Below, piece after piece: positions 21,260 through 31,749 of a stretch of 64,000 nt of DNA; within the stretch, counting starts at the first letter, position 1, and every line of letters begins with the position of its first letter. This DNA is from Minisyncoccia bacterium (GTDB taxonomy: Bacteria > Patescibacteriota > Minisyncoccia > Phycocordibacterales > UBA918). Location: contig JBGSYZ010000007.1 of NCBI GenBank assembly GCA_041750655.1, positions 41,493 to 105,492 on the forward strand, in the 5' to 3' direction. The notes below the pieces were generated by a model. That model saw nothing but the letters and a program-made list of their open reading frames with translations, was not told the DNA's origin and searched no databases. Made by a program: the position numbers and the translations under genes.

Positions 21260-23770
21260 ATGAGTACCGTACTAAATTTATCAAACATACTAAGAACACT
21301 GGCTCTTAGTTCAATCATAGCCTTGTATGTAGCTACTGCACCAATGGCTTCAGCAGCTTCATTAAGTGATATGTCCAATATCCTTACCAAGCTGCAGACT
21401 ACACTAGAACAATATCTAGCAAAGCTGCCTGGTGGAGATGTTTTGGGTGCTACTACTATCGTGGTAACGAACTCATCTGAGTTAGCAAACGCTATGGCTA
21501 ATGCTACTGGGGGAGAAACCATTCAGTTGGCACCAGGTAACTACGGCAAGATTTTCATTCAGACCGGCACCTACGCAAAATTGGTTGTTGGGGGTACTAC
21601 TATAAAGAATGTGCCAAATCCCTCCAGTCCAGTGTTAATTGAGTCACAGAACGCTAGCAATCCTGCTGTACTGACTCAAATTGATATTCGTAACAGTAAC
21701 TACTGGCATTTCAATAATTTGAACATTTTGCCTGGTCCACAAAAACCAACTTACAACGCGGTGAACTTCGCTGGAGATTATTTAACTCTAGAAAATTCAG
21801 TCATCGACTACGGTAACAACACCAACTACACTGCTAGCGATTGGCTCAACAAAGCTGGTCTCGGAGTATATGTAAACGGGAAGCACAATACCGTAAAAAA
21901 TAACTACCTGCATACTGTCGACAACGGCATCATTGTTGTCCACCATGCTGATTATGCGCAGATTATCAACAACACTGTTGATGGACTTTCAGGCGATGCT
22001 TCACGAGCACTTGGACACTATGGTCTTTTTGAGAACAACCTTTTCAAGAACTTCCATAAAGTTGATGCTAACCACGATGACTGTATGCAGTCATATATGG
22101 AAGCTGGTGTAAGTTCTTCACCAAACGCTGAGACCTTTATTACCGGTACCATTGTTCGAAATAACATTTGTATCGACACCACTGGTTCCCGCAGCGATCC
22201 TTTGTATTCAAACCCACAAGGGTATGTGCAGTTTTCTGGCTCAATGAATAATTGGATAGTTGAAAATAACGTCTATATTTCTTCAGCCTATCACGGGATT
22301 AATATGAGCGGTGGTAACGGTTCAACAATTAAGAACAATACAATCCTTGACTCTGACCCGGTTATAAATGGTTCAGATACAGTGTGGATTCGATTTGCTG
22401 GGGCACAAAATAGTGTGATGAAAGATAATGTTTCAAGTAAGTTTACCAATATTGTTTCTGGAGCAACTTATACCAACAACCAAGTGGTGAATTACAGCAA
22501 CTACGACAACCTCTTCCGCGACTGGCGTAACGGTGACGTTCGACTTAAGAGCGGTCAAAGTCTCAGTGGAGCAGGTGCTAATCTCGATCCAGCTACTGTT
22601 GGTAGCAATCGATCAATCACTACCACCACTCCAACCCCAACCCCAACCCCAACCCCAACCCCAACCCCAACTCCAACTCCAACTCCAACTCCAACTCCAA
22701 CTCCAACTCCAACTCCAACTCCAACCCCAACCCCAACAGCAGCTCCAACTCTTGTTTTCACTGCTTCACCAAGCAATATAACTTCAGCAAGACGAGTTAC
22801 GCTTACATGGACAACGACTGGTGCTACTTCATGTATTGCAAGTGGTTCCTGGTCAGGAAACAAAGCAGTTAATGGTTCGATTACTGACACGTTTAAGAGT
22901 ACAGAAACCCTCACCCTTACTTGTACTGGAGCTGGTGGTAGTGTGAGCAAGGATGTGACAGTTACGCTAGGTACAACCCCTACTCCTACTCCTACTCCTA
23001 CCCCTACCCCTACCCCTACTCCTACTCCAGGAAATGGAGAAGTATCTTGGACTTCAAAGTTTGGTCCACAGTCTAGAGTTGTTACAACAGATGTTGTAAA
23101 TGTTAGAAAGTCAGAAAGCTTTACAACACTCGGCACACAAACAGTAGGAAGTGCTGGTACTGTATTAAACATCAGTCCTATACTTAAAGATGGTTATGTT
23201 TACATTCCAGTTGATTTCGACAATTCACCTGATGGATGGGTTGCAGATACTTTTGTTAGAAATGAACCTGTAACGACTCAAATAGCTGAAACCCCAAAAA
23301 CAGAAACTCCTAAGACAGAAACTCCTAAGACAGAGACTCCAAAAACCGAACAACCAACTACTGAAACCCCTAAAACAGAGGTTTCAAAGACAGAGACTCC
23401 AACTACTGAAACCCCTAAAACTACCGAAGGTGTTACTGAAAGAATTATCACTACCGATCGTGTTAATGTTCGAGAAAAAGCTGGTGGTAAAGTCTTGGGT
23501 ATACAACCAGAACGTAGTCAAGGTACAGTATTAAACATTGAACCAAAAGCTAATAGTGGTTACACCTACATCCCAGTCAACTTCGATTCTGGAGTAGACG
23601 GATGGGTAGCTGATAAGTTTGTCACAATTGAAGGTGGTTCAACTTCAGTTGAGACACCACGCACCGAAGGTTCAACGGTTAACGCTGAAACTATTCGAGC
23701 CATGATTAATGATTTGTTAGCTCAGATTGCTGCTCTGCAAGCGCTCTTAGCTCAAATGCAAGGTAATTAA
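21260..23770 (+). CDS. Large surface protein: right-handed beta-helix, PT linkers, Ig-like domain, two SH3b-like repeats
   Basis: Asn-rich beta-helix with HDDCMQ; (PT)n; two TTD.VNVR...GY.YIPV.FD...DGWVAD repeats; C-terminal LLAQIAALQALLAQ. Confidence 0.8.
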   Translation: MSTVLNLSNILRTLALSSIIALYVATAPMASAASLSDMSNILTKLQTTLEQYLAKLPGGDVLGATTIVVTNSSELANAMANATGGETIQLAPGNYGKIFIQTGTYAKLVVGGTTIKNVPNPSSPVLIESQNASNPAVLTQIDIRNSNYWHFNNLNILPGPQKPTYNAVNFAGDYLTLENSVIDYGNNTNYTASDWLNKAGLGVYVNGKHNTVKNNYLHTVDNGIIVVHHADYAQIINNTVDGLSGDASRALGHYGLFENNLFKNFHKVDANHDDCMQSYMEAGVSSSPNAETFITGTIVRNNICIDTTGSRSDPLYSNPQGYVQFSGSMNNWIVENNVYISSAYHGINMSGGNGSTIKNNTILDSDPVINGSDTVWIRFAGAQNSVMKDNVSSKFTNIVSGATYTNNQVVNYSNYDNLFRDWRNGDVRLKSGQSLSGAGANLDPATVGSNRSITTTTPTPTPTPTPTPTPTPTPTPTPTPTPTPTPTPTPTPTAAPTLVFTASPSNITSARRVTLTWTTTGATSCIASGSWSGNKAVNGSITDTFKSTETLTLTCTGAGGSVSKDVTVTLGTTPTPTPTPTPTPTPTPTPGNGEVSWTSKFGPQSRVVTTDVVNVRKSESFTTLGTQTVGSAGTVLNISPILKDGYVYIPVDFDNSPDGWVADTFVRNEPVTTQIAETPKTETPKTETPKTETPKTEQPTTETPKTEVSKTETPTTETPKTTEGVTERIITTDRVNVREKAGGKVLGIQPERSQGTVLNIEPKANSGYTYIPVNFDSGVDGWVADKFVTIEGGSTSVETPRTEGSTVNAETIRAMINDLLAQIAALQALLAQMQGN
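22628..22737 (+). repeat. Hexanucleotide tandem repeat (CCAACC/CCAACT) encoding a Pro-Thr linker
   Basis: About 18 units; a second PT tract (CCTACT/CCTACC) at about 22975-23028; ETPKT repeats at about 23288-23422. Confidence 0.95.
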
Positions 23771-23987
23771 TCACAACCAGTCAATCCCTTTGATTGACAA
23801 CAAAACCCCGCATGTGCGGGGTTTTGTTTTGTACACATATTTTGCTTGTGTTTATTGAGCAAAAGAGAGATAATATAAGAGCAACAGGAGGGCGGTTCCG
23901 AAAGGAACCGCCCTCACTCTGTTGTAGTAGTACCATTGAACACCTTAGTGGTACTGACTTGTTCTTTAGTTCTTTAATCAAATAAAT

Positions 23988-24143
23988 ATGTTTGAAGAAA
24001 CATTGCCGGTGGAGATGCCTAAACAAATGGTGTCTTCTGCAAGCGATGATCGCTGGCTCGTAGAGTGTCTTACTCTCGCTGCGTTTGTTGCGCTGGCAAG
24101 CTCCCAGATTTTGGGACAAAATGTATTAGTAGCTCTTCTATAA
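23988..24143 (+). CDS. 51-aa small hydrophobic protein
   Basis: Read by hand: MFEETLPVEMPKQMVSSASDDRWLVECLTLAAFVALASSQILGQNVLVALL; structured leader and downstream hairpin. Confidence 0.45.
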   Translation: MFEETLPVEMPKQMVSSASDDRWLVECLTLAAFVALASSQILGQNVLVALL

Positions 24144-24385
24144 GAGATACTCTTCAGCAAATCAAAGCCCGACTAACTATCGGGCTTTTGCTTTTAAGTG
24201 AACAAACGAGCGGAGCGACTATTGTGAACTTATGCAGGAAAGTTCAGGTAGATTGCGACACAGGAGAGCAATATACCGAACTTTGTCGCACAAGTGTCAT
24301 GACGTGATTTAAAGTTTTGAGTCTTAATCTTAATGAAAGAAGCCGCCCTCCTTGAGGGCGGCTTCGGTCGCAAGGTGCTTTTGGT

Positions 24386-24985
24386 TCAAGTAGCGATTCT
24401 TTGCTTTCGCTGCTCGTAGAAATTAGCGGCTTCAGCAAATGCATCGCTTGAGCGCCATCGAGCCAGCCAGGAAAGCCGATACGGCTTCTCGGCTGGTGTA
24501 TAGATCACCTGGACATTGTCAGGGTGGTCGTCCGCCGGGTCGGCATTGGTCAGGTTTCAGTCGATTTCCTGTTCGGTGCCGAGCAAGTTTCCATCTTCAT
24601 CGAAGATTTCGAAGAAGTCGAGACCATACGAGCGGGCCAGCTTGTGTCTGTAGTCACAGGTCGGCATGAACATGACCGGGCTTGAGAATTGGTCCCACCA
24701 ACGCCCGATGCGCCAGCCTATTGTTCGTTCGAAAATCGGACCGCTGTAATGGTGGTGTTGAAAGCGAACGGCAGCAACGGTGAAATCTGTATAGAGAAGC
24801 AGGAACGTCAGCACGAACGGTGCTCCCAGCCATGTCGGCAATGCCAAGCTGGCACCGGCCAGCATTAGATAGATGAGAGCGTAGGTGGTCCATATGTCGG
24901 CCACGTAGCGAGTCTTCTCGCCTCCCCGGTAGACCGGACAACCGGTCGTAAAAGGGTTGTAGGATTCCATATAATCAGGGCGCAT
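24386..24985 (-). pseudogene. Orphan membrane protein (cassette) with in-frame TGA at 24557-24559
   Basis: GGAGG SD before ATG 24985; 56 further sense codons after the TGA end just before terminator 24339-24365. Confidence 0.6.
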
Positions 24986-25259
24986 TTTGGCCTCCAAAGC
25001 CGAAGTTGTTTTCTATTTACTATTATAGCATATTTAGACCTAAAGTCAAGCAATAAACCTTGCAAATACTCAGTAAATCCGTATACTAACCGCAGCTTTT
25101 AAAGACCTACGTTCGTTGATTGTTGGCTTGCCAACATGAGAACCACTGGGCACAAACCGCGCTTTTTTGCTCGAGCTTTGTGCTCGACCATGCGCGGTTT
25201 TGTATTTTATACAAACACCATGCGGTCTAAAGCTAATTTATTAATTAACCAAGAACGCA

Positions 25260-25880
25260 ATGAAATTTATTCTTGGCATCAAAGACAGCATGACGCAAGT
25301 CTTTGACGACAACGGTCTGGCTCATCCAGCTACAATTTTACGTGTCGAACCAAGTGTGATTACTCAGGTGAAAACCAAGGAATCAGACGGGTACGACGCC
25401 GTACAGGTAGCTTCAGTTGAGCAAAAGGAACACCGAGTCGGTAAAGCTGAAAAGGGCCACTTTGGTAATGCGTACAAGCACGCCAAAGAGTTTCGTCCCA
25501 ATGTGATGAAAAAAGAATCACTGGAGGGGCTTGAGAAAGGAGCAACAATCAAAGTGTCGGTTTTCGAACCGGGTGACAAGATTGCGGTTTCGGCTATCTC
25601 TAAAGGTAAAGGATTCCAAGGCGGTGTGAAGCGTCACGGCTTCTCTGGCGGACCAGCGAGTCACGGACATAAGCACAATCACCGGGCTCCAGGCTCAATC
25701 GGTTCAACTGGTCCTGCTCGCGTATTTAAAGGCGTGCGTATGGCTGGCCGAATGGGTGCTGACCGAGTAACGGTTAAAAATCTAACAGTACTGCAAGTAA
25801 ACGAAGAACATAATATTCTGCTCGTAGAAGGTGCAGTACCAGGTCGAAAAGGAACATTAGTGGAGGTGCGTGGCATCTAA
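25260..25880 (+). CDS. rplC: 50S ribosomal protein L3
   Basis: SKGKGFQGGVKRHGF, RAPGSIG, MAGRMG. Confidence 0.99.
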   Translation: MKFILGIKDSMTQVFDDNGLAHPATILRVEPSVITQVKTKESDGYDAVQVASVEQKEHRVGKAEKGHFGNAYKHAKEFRPNVMKKESLEGLEKGATIKVSVFEPGDKIAVSAISKGKGFQGGVKRHGFSGGPASHGHKHNHRAPGSIGSTGPARVFKGVRMAGRMGADRVTVKNLTVLQVNEEHNILLVEGAVPGRKGTLVEVRGI

Positions 25881-25897
25881 GTCATAACAACATACAT

Positions 25898-26590
25898 ATG
25901 GAAACAAAAGTATTCGACATCGCTGGAAAAGAAGCTGGAAAAGTTTCTTTACCTGAGTCTGTGTTTGGTGTGGCTTGGAATGCTGACTTGGTACACGAGG
26001 TTGTGGTAGCTATGCAAAGCAACGCTCGCGCTGGTACCGCCCACACTAAAGACCGAAGTGAAGTACGCGGAGGTGGTAAAAAGCCTTGGAAACAAAAAGG
26101 AACAGGACGCGCTCGTCACGGGTCAAGTCGGTCACCGATTTGGACAGGTGGTGGAGTAGCTCATGGGCCTCGAAATGACAAAGACTACAGCAAGAAAGTA
26201 AACAAGAACGCCAAGGCTAAAGCCCTAGCGTCAGTACTATCAAAGAAATTTGCTGATGGAGAAATGATTTTCATCAATGAATTTAATTTTGCTGAACCAA
26301 AGACCACCGAGGCCAAGAAAGCTATTATGGCTATTGCCAAAGGTAGCAAGAACGAAGAGTTAGCGACCAAACGTAAGAATGCTGCTCTGATTGTTCTAAC
26401 TGAACGTGATCTAAACACTGAGAAGAGTCTACGAAACTTCAGCAACCTCGAGGTGGCTCAAGTGAAAGACATCAACCCAGTTTCACTTCTCACTTACAAG
26501 TATGTACTCGTCGCTTCACCAGAAGCAGCCTTTGAAGTACTCACCAATCGGGTGTCTACCAAAGTGGCTCGAGTTACAAAAGATAACTAA
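25898..26590 (+). CDS. rplD: 50S ribosomal protein L4
   Basis: GGGKKPWKQKGTGRARHGS. Confidence 0.99.
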   Translation: METKVFDIAGKEAGKVSLPESVFGVAWNADLVHEVVVAMQSNARAGTAHTKDRSEVRGGGKKPWKQKGTGRARHGSSRSPIWTGGGVAHGPRNDKDYSKKVNKNAKAKALASVLSKKFADGEMIFINEFNFAEPKTTEAKKAIMAIAKGSKNEELATKRKNAALIVLTERDLNTEKSLRNFSNLEVAQVKDINPVSLLTYKYVLVASPEAAFEVLTNRVSTKVARVTKDN

Positions 26591-26595
26591 TTAGT

Positions 26596-26988
26596 ATGGC
26601 ACTCTTTGGAAAGAAAAAAGAAGAAAAGAAGAATGCTGAAGACACTACAGTAGTAGAAAAAACGGTGGCTACAAAGCCAGCAGTTAACTACTCAACACCA
26701 AGTGATCGTAACCTTGAAGGTGTTATCGTTCGTCCTCATCTGACTGAAAAAGCAGTGGGTATGACTGGTAAGAATGTGTACACCTTTGAAGTGAGCGCCC
26801 GAGCAACAAAAATTGATGTTCGTGACGCAGTAGCACTAGTGTATGGTGTCACGCCGGTGAAGGTTAACATCGTTAAAAAAGCACCTCGCTCTTCCATGTC
26901 GCGAGCTCGTGGCCGCAAGGTAACAGTTAGAGGTATGAAGAAGGCCTACGTCTACCTTAAGAAGGGAGACACCATTAATATGGTCTAA
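26596..26988 (+). CDS. rplW: 50S ribosomal protein L23 (N-terminally extended)
   Basis: RPHLTEKA, YTFEV, KKAYVYL. Confidence 0.97.
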   Translation: MALFGKKKEEKKNAEDTTVVEKTVATKPAVNYSTPSDRNLEGVIVRPHLTEKAVGMTGKNVYTFEVSARATKIDVRDAVALVYGVTPVKVNIVKKAPRSSMSRARGRKVTVRGMKKAYVYLKKGDTINMV

Positions 26989-27036
26989 GGACCGTTAGGA
27001 AGATAAGACTATTGTCACTAATTTCTAACTCAGATT

Positions 27037-27885
27037 ATGAAAAAATATAAACCAACCTCAGCCGGACGCCGTGATGGTTCCGTGATTGAGTACAAGAAAA
27101 AACTAACTTCGACGGCGAGTAAGCCACACAAGGCGCTGACCAAAGGTAAACGCTCAACCGGTGGCCGCAACAGCCAGGGAAGGACTACTACCCTACACCG
27201 AGGTGGTGGTAATAAACGAAAATATCGCGACATTGATTTTGTGTTCAATAAGAAAGATATTCCCGCCAAGATTGAAACGATAGAATACGATCCTAACCGC
27301 AGCGCTTTCATCGCACTCGTTTGTTATGCAGACGGGGAACGACGCTACATTCTGGCTGGTAGCGAAATGAAAGCTGGTGATATGGTTATTACTTCAGCTA
27401 AGGCTAGGCCTAAGTCAGGTAATCGACTACCATTGGGGAATATTCCAGCCGGTACCTTCGTGCACAGTGTTGAGCTCAAACCCGGTGCAGGTGCTCGGAT
27501 GGTGCGAAGTGCTGGTAACTACGCAGAAGTGGTAGCTCACGACAGCGGGTACTCACAGTTGAAAATGCCTTCAACTGAAATCCGAAGAGTACTCTCAACG
27601 TGTTGGGCCACAGTCGGAGAAGTTAGTAATGATGAATACCGTTTAGTACGTATTGGTAAGGCTGGACGCGCACGTCATATGGGACTTCGTCCAAAGACAC
27701 GTGGTACTGCTCAAAACCCAGTCGACCACCCACACGGAGGTGGAGAGGGTGTAAGTCCACGTGGACACCGTCGGGCTCGTACAAAGCAAGGACGACCGAC
27801 TGGTAAAGGTCAAAAGACCCGTTCACCAAAGAAGTACAGTAATAAACTTATTGTATCTCGGCGAAAAGTTGGTAAGCGCCGCTAG
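27037..27885 (+). CDS. rplB: 50S ribosomal protein L2
   Basis: IEYDPNRSAFIAL, NPVDHPHGGGEG. Confidence 0.99.
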   Translation: MKKYKPTSAGRRDGSVIEYKKKLTSTASKPHKALTKGKRSTGGRNSQGRTTTLHRGGGNKRKYRDIDFVFNKKDIPAKIETIEYDPNRSAFIALVCYADGERRYILAGSEMKAGDMVITSAKARPKSGNRLPLGNIPAGTFVHSVELKPGAGARMVRSAGNYAEVVAHDSGYSQLKMPSTEIRRVLSTCWATVGEVSNDEYRLVRIGKAGRARHMGLRPKTRGTAQNPVDHPHGGGEGVSPRGHRRARTKQGRPTGKGQKTRSPKKYSNKLIVSRRKVGKRR

Positions 27886-28030
27886 ACATCTTTTGAGTAA
27901 ATTTGAATGTCTAGTGGTAAACTAAAGACAGATATACCAAAAACCGGGACGCTATGCGGCCCGGTTTTTGTATTGTAAATTGAATATAATTGTAGTATAA
28001 AATATTGCAGAAGAAGTGGAGGAGTGACTC

Positions 28031-28375
28031 ATGTCAATTTACATTGGTTGGGGCTTGATCGGCGCTCTAATTCCTTTTGGATTAGCTGTCTTATTTTTCA
28101 TTTACTTTCATCTATGGCACTTTCCTTTTGTAGTGCAAAAGAAACCAAGGGAAACAACATATAATGAAAACATAAAAAGATGGGAAAATTGGATGATATT
28201 TTATGACTCGGCGGAAAGTACATCTGTGCATGTTTCACGATACCCAATGGTGAATAGAATTTTTTCGTATATCAATCTTGGATTTACCTTCGCACTTGGG
28301 GAGACATTTCCATTAATGGTTGCTATGGGATGTGTTGGATTGATTGGGGAGAATATATATCGATTTTTCTTTTGA
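28031..28375 (+). CDS. Orphan membrane protein (cassette)
   Basis: GGAGGAG SD, own promoter, hairpins on both sides. Confidence 0.65.
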   Translation: MSIYIGWGLIGALIPFGLAVLFFIYFHLWHFPFVVQKKPRETTYNENIKRWENWMIFYDSAESTSVHVSRYPMVNRIFSYINLGFTFALGETFPLMVAMGCVGLIGENIYRFFF

Positions 28376-28427
28376 AGTATTATGAGTCGGACGCGCAGCG
28401 TCCGGCTTTTTGTTATACTAAAAGTAT

Positions 28428-28676
28428 ATGTTTAATCTGAATAAAATGTTTGGTGGTCCATATAATAAAGTAGAAACGGCATCGACTGAAGAAATTACTA
28501 ACAAAGCAAAAGAAATTCTATTTAATTTACGTGACACTGTACCGGGTCCGAACCCGCATCTTGATAGTTTGTACGCTGAGTTCGCAGCACTTATCGGTGA
28601 AGAAGGTTTAAGTAATGAAGAGCTAAGTGCTAGAGCTCGAGAATTAGCTCAGGATGAAATTAAAGAAGTGGCTTAG
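28428..28676 (+). CDS. Small hypothetical protein
   Basis: TG-T-TATACT 8 nt before the ATG; terminator 28694-28728. Confidence 0.6.
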   Translation: MFNLNKMFGGPYNKVETASTEEITNKAKEILFNLRDTVPGPNPHLDSLYAEFAALIGEEGLSNEELSARARELAQDEIKEVA

Positions 28677-28744
28677 GTTTAAAATTAATAAATAAAAACA
28701 GGCGCACCCTACGGGCGCACCTGTTTTTATTCTCATGATTGAAA

Positions 28745-29065
28745 TCATTTTCCTGGCTTACGCTCCCGTTCATTAAACGTAAAGTTTTTGAGGGATTTAT
28801 CTTGTTGGAGTTCGTAAAAAATTTCTTTGGCATCTCGTTCGGTGTGCACAGCTACTTTTTGTACGCTCTGACCGCTAATGAGGAGTTCTAGGCCGCCGGT
28901 GGTGTAGGTGGCGGTCGCGAAGCGACCGCCACCGCGCGCTCCCCGCACCATCCGAATCTCTCCCGGGGCAATCATTTTCACCCCATTTATTTTAGTAAGA
29001 GCCCCAACCACCAATTTGGCGGTTTCGGTCAGGCTTGTATGTTCTCGACCGCGGGGTTTAGGCAT
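28745..29065 (-). CDS. Hypothetical protein (DUF2103-like)
   Basis: HTSL...IAPGEI...GLEL..SGQSVQKV pattern; ATG 29065. Confidence 0.55.
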   Translation of the reverse strand: MPKPRGREHTSLTETAKLVVGALTKINGVKMIAPGEIRMVRGARGGGRFATATYTTGGLELLISGQSVQKVAVHTERDAKEIFYELQQDKSLKNFTFNERERKPGK

Positions 29066-29128
29066 ATGGCGCAATATAGCATAGAAATAAAAAAGAAGGC
29101 CCGGCACCTTTTGGCGCCGGGTTAAAAC

Positions 29129-29584
29129 CTAAGCTACTTTTCGAGAAAATACTGTGAAAAGCCAACGTGTAGGATTTTGTTGTGGTTCTTGTTTAGGAAC
29201 TTGCGCCAGTAGTCGACCAATTTCGCTGCAGCTTTCCCAAAATTTTCTTTGCAATACTTGCGACCATACCATTTCTAGTTCTCGTGTATCCTCACGACTC
29301 GAATCAGTTGGTATATCAAAACCCAACATAAACGATTCTTCTGGAGAAAGATTAAACAATCTCTTTACAGCACTAGATGTTGCTCGGTATTTAAATCGTT
29401 TGTCATGGCTGAACGCCAGAGCCAGTACATCGTGATCATAAGTAACAATGTCAATTAGACACACAGGTTTACCGTGGTGATAGGAAAACATATTGAACAC
29501 ATAGCCATTCGGCGCATGTTCATCAAGCCAAGCTTTGCCGCATTTTACACGTTCTTCAAGCGTCATTTGATGGTGGCTGATCAT
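29129..29584 (-). CDS. Orphan protein (cassette)
   Basis: AAGGAG SD before ATG 29584, TTGACA..CATTAT promoter, hairpin at the stop. Confidence 0.65.
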   Translation of the reverse strand: MISHHQMTLEERVKCGKAWLDEHAPNGYVFNMFSYHHGKPVCLIDIVTYDHDVLALAFSHDKRFKYRATSSAVKRLFNLSPEESFMLGFDIPTDSSREDTRELEMVWSQVLQRKFWESCSEIGRLLAQVPKQEPQQNPTRWLFTVFSRKVA

Positions 29585-29887
29585 GGTTGTCTCCTTGTTG
29601 AAGCCTCTGCGCACATAATGCTGGATTCGGGAGTAATGTCAACGGGTTTTGTGTTTAAGGAGCGGCAGCTGCGCTGCCGCTCCTTTTATTAGTTGACATT
29701 TACCCGCAAATCCCGTACCATAGCCCCCGTTCCAACTTAGTACGCATTTGTTGTCCATCTAACAACAAACGCACTTATTCAACACTATTTGGGGATTTCT
29801 AATAAGGCTGGCCGTTACCTCGCTTTATAAGAGATTCCCACCAACCATTCCCATTCTCGGGAGGGGTATTTATTTCTAAATTAATCT

Positions 29888-30220
29888 ATGTCACGATCAC
29901 TGTATAAAGGCCCATATGTAGACGCGAAACTCCTTAAAAAAGTTTCCAAGCTCGATGCCAAAACTCATAAGGGTTCAATTAAAACGTGGGCTCGAAACTC
30001 AACTATCTCACCGGAAATGGTTGGATTTACCTTTGGTGTCCACAACGGCAAGCAACACCTTGACGTATTTGTGTCTGAAGAAATGGTTGGACACGTATTG
30101 GGTGAATTCTCACCGACCAAAAAATTCTACCGACACGGAGGTAAGATGCAGAAAGAACTTGATACTAAAAAGAAGGAAGCGGAAATTGCAGCTGCTAAAG
30201 CTGCTAAAGCTGCTGGTTAA
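29888..30220 (+). CDS. rpsS: 30S ribosomal protein S19
   Basis: [28 protein letters not shown]. Confidence 0.99.
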   Translation: MSRSLYKGPYVDAKLLKKVSKLDAKTHKGSIKTWARNSTISPEMVGFTFGVHNGKQHLDVFVSEEMVGHVLGEFSPTKKFYRHGGKMQKELDTKKKEAEIAAAKAAKAAG

Positions 30221-30231
30221 TAACATTCTAT

Positions 30232-30576
30232 ATGAAAGCAGTACTCAAAAATTATCGCCAATCACCACGTAAAGTTCGTCTTATTGCTGATTTGGTGCGC
30301 GGGAAGAAAGTAAAAGCCGCTCTAGCCCAACTACAATTCGTTGAAAAACGAGCCGCTCTACCTTTTGCAAAAGTTATCAGCTCTGCTGCGGCTAATGCAA
30401 AATCACAAGGAGTTGATGTAGATGGCCTTATTATTACGAAAGTATCAGTTGATAAGGGTGAAATTTTTAAGCGTTTTATGCCACGAGCTCGTGGTTCAGC
30501 GTCCCGAATTAACAAGCGAAACAGCCATATTTCAGTCGAGCTTGGCACTAAGAAGTCTAAGGCTAAAGTTAAATAA
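30232..30576 (+). CDS. rplV: 50S ribosomal protein L22
   Basis: RQSPRKVRLIADLVRG, PRARG. Confidence 0.99.
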   Translation: MKAVLKNYRQSPRKVRLIADLVRGKKVKAALAQLQFVEKRAALPFAKVISSAAANAKSQGVDVDGLIITKVSVDKGEIFKRFMPRARGSASRINKRNSHISVELGTKKSKAKVK

Positions 30577-30580
30577 TACT

Positions 30581-31294
30581 ATGACACACGTAGCACATCC
30601 ATACGCCCAACGCCTCGGCATCATTCGTGATTGGAAATCACGGTGGTTTACTAACGATTCTACCAAGTACAAGGAATACATCCGAACCGATGACGCTGTG
30701 CGGACACTTCTCTCCAAAAAACTAAAAGGCATGTCTATTGCTGGAGTAGAAATCGAACGTGACGATAAGGTGTATCGTATTATCATCAAAACGTCTCGTC
30801 CCGGACTCATCATCGGCCGCAGTGGTGAAGGTGCAGTGACGCTTAAGAAAGACATCGATATGTTGATGCGTAAGCTTAAGCTGACTGAAAAGCCAGAACT
30901 TAAGATTGATATTGAAGAAGTTCGTTCTCCTGAGAGCAATGCTTCCATTGTTGGTCAAATGGTAGCTGAAGGACTAGAGAAGCGTATGCCGTTTCGTCGA
31001 GTACTTAAGCAAACTGCCGAAAAAGTAATGGCCAATCGTGACGTTAAGGGAGTTCGCATCCTCTTGGCGGGACGTCTTGGTGGAGCTGATATGGCCCGTC
31101 GTGAACAGCTTAAGAAAGGCCAGATTCCATTGCAGACACTCCGCGCTGATATTGATTTTGCTCGTGAACGAGCGACTCTACCGTATGGTGTTATTGGTAT
31201 TAAGGTTTGGATTTACCGAGGTGAAGTCTTTGTTGATCGCAAAGAAGGCACTGAAGAAGTTAAACCAGCTCCTCGTCGAGCCCGTAATGCATAA
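30581..31294 (+). CDS. rpsC: 30S ribosomal protein S3
   Basis: HPYAQRLGI, GRLGGADMAR, PLQTLRADID; ATG 30581. Confidence 0.99.
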   Translation: MTHVAHPYAQRLGIIRDWKSRWFTNDSTKYKEYIRTDDAVRTLLSKKLKGMSIAGVEIERDDKVYRIIIKTSRPGLIIGRSGEGAVTLKKDIDMLMRKLKLTEKPELKIDIEEVRSPESNASIVGQMVAEGLEKRMPFRRVLKQTAEKVMANRDVKGVRILLAGRLGGADMARREQLKKGQIPLQTLRADIDFARERATLPYGVIGIKVWIYRGEVFVDRKEGTEEVKPAPRRARNA

Positions 31295-31304
31295 TTAAAC
31301 GCGT

Positions 31305-31739
31305 ATGTTATTTCCAAAAAAAGTAAAACACCGAAAATGGCAAGTGGGGCGTATGCACCCAGACAAGCTTCTTCGTCCTGAAACACGAGGGGTGACTGTA
31401 GCGTTCGGTTCATATGGTCTTAAGGCCACTACCCAATCAAGAGTTACGAGTAACCAAATCGAAGCGGCTCGTCGAGTAGTATCACGTACTTTGGGCAAAA
31501 CTGGTAAAATCTGGATTCGTATTTTCCCTGATAAGCCGTTTACAAAGAAACCAGCTGAAGTAGGTATGGGTAAAGGTAAAGGTGATTCAGCCGGTTTTAT
31601 CTTTGATGTTCGACCAGGTCGAATGTTATTTGAAATTGATGGTGTGTCTGAAGAAATCGCTCGCGAAGCGCTTCGCAAAGCAGCGTGTAAACTTCCGGTT
31701 AAAGCCAAGTTTGTCAGTCGTGATGAAACCCGCGTTTAA
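31305..31739 (+). CDS. rplP: 50S ribosomal protein L16
   Basis: QIEAAR, WIRIFPD, MGKGKG. Confidence 0.99.
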   Translation: MLFPKKVKHRKWQVGRMHPDKLLRPETRGVTVAFGSYGLKATTQSRVTSNQIEAARRVVSRTLGKTGKIWIRIFPDKPFTKKPAEVGMGKGKGDSAGFIFDVRPGRMLFEIDGVSEEIAREALRKAACKLPVKAKFVSRDETRV

Positions 31740-31749
31740 TTAAATACGT

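Noticed and set aside
22628-23422. CRISPR array
   Set aside because: These are coding PT and ETPKT tandem repeats without spacers; no cas genes are present.
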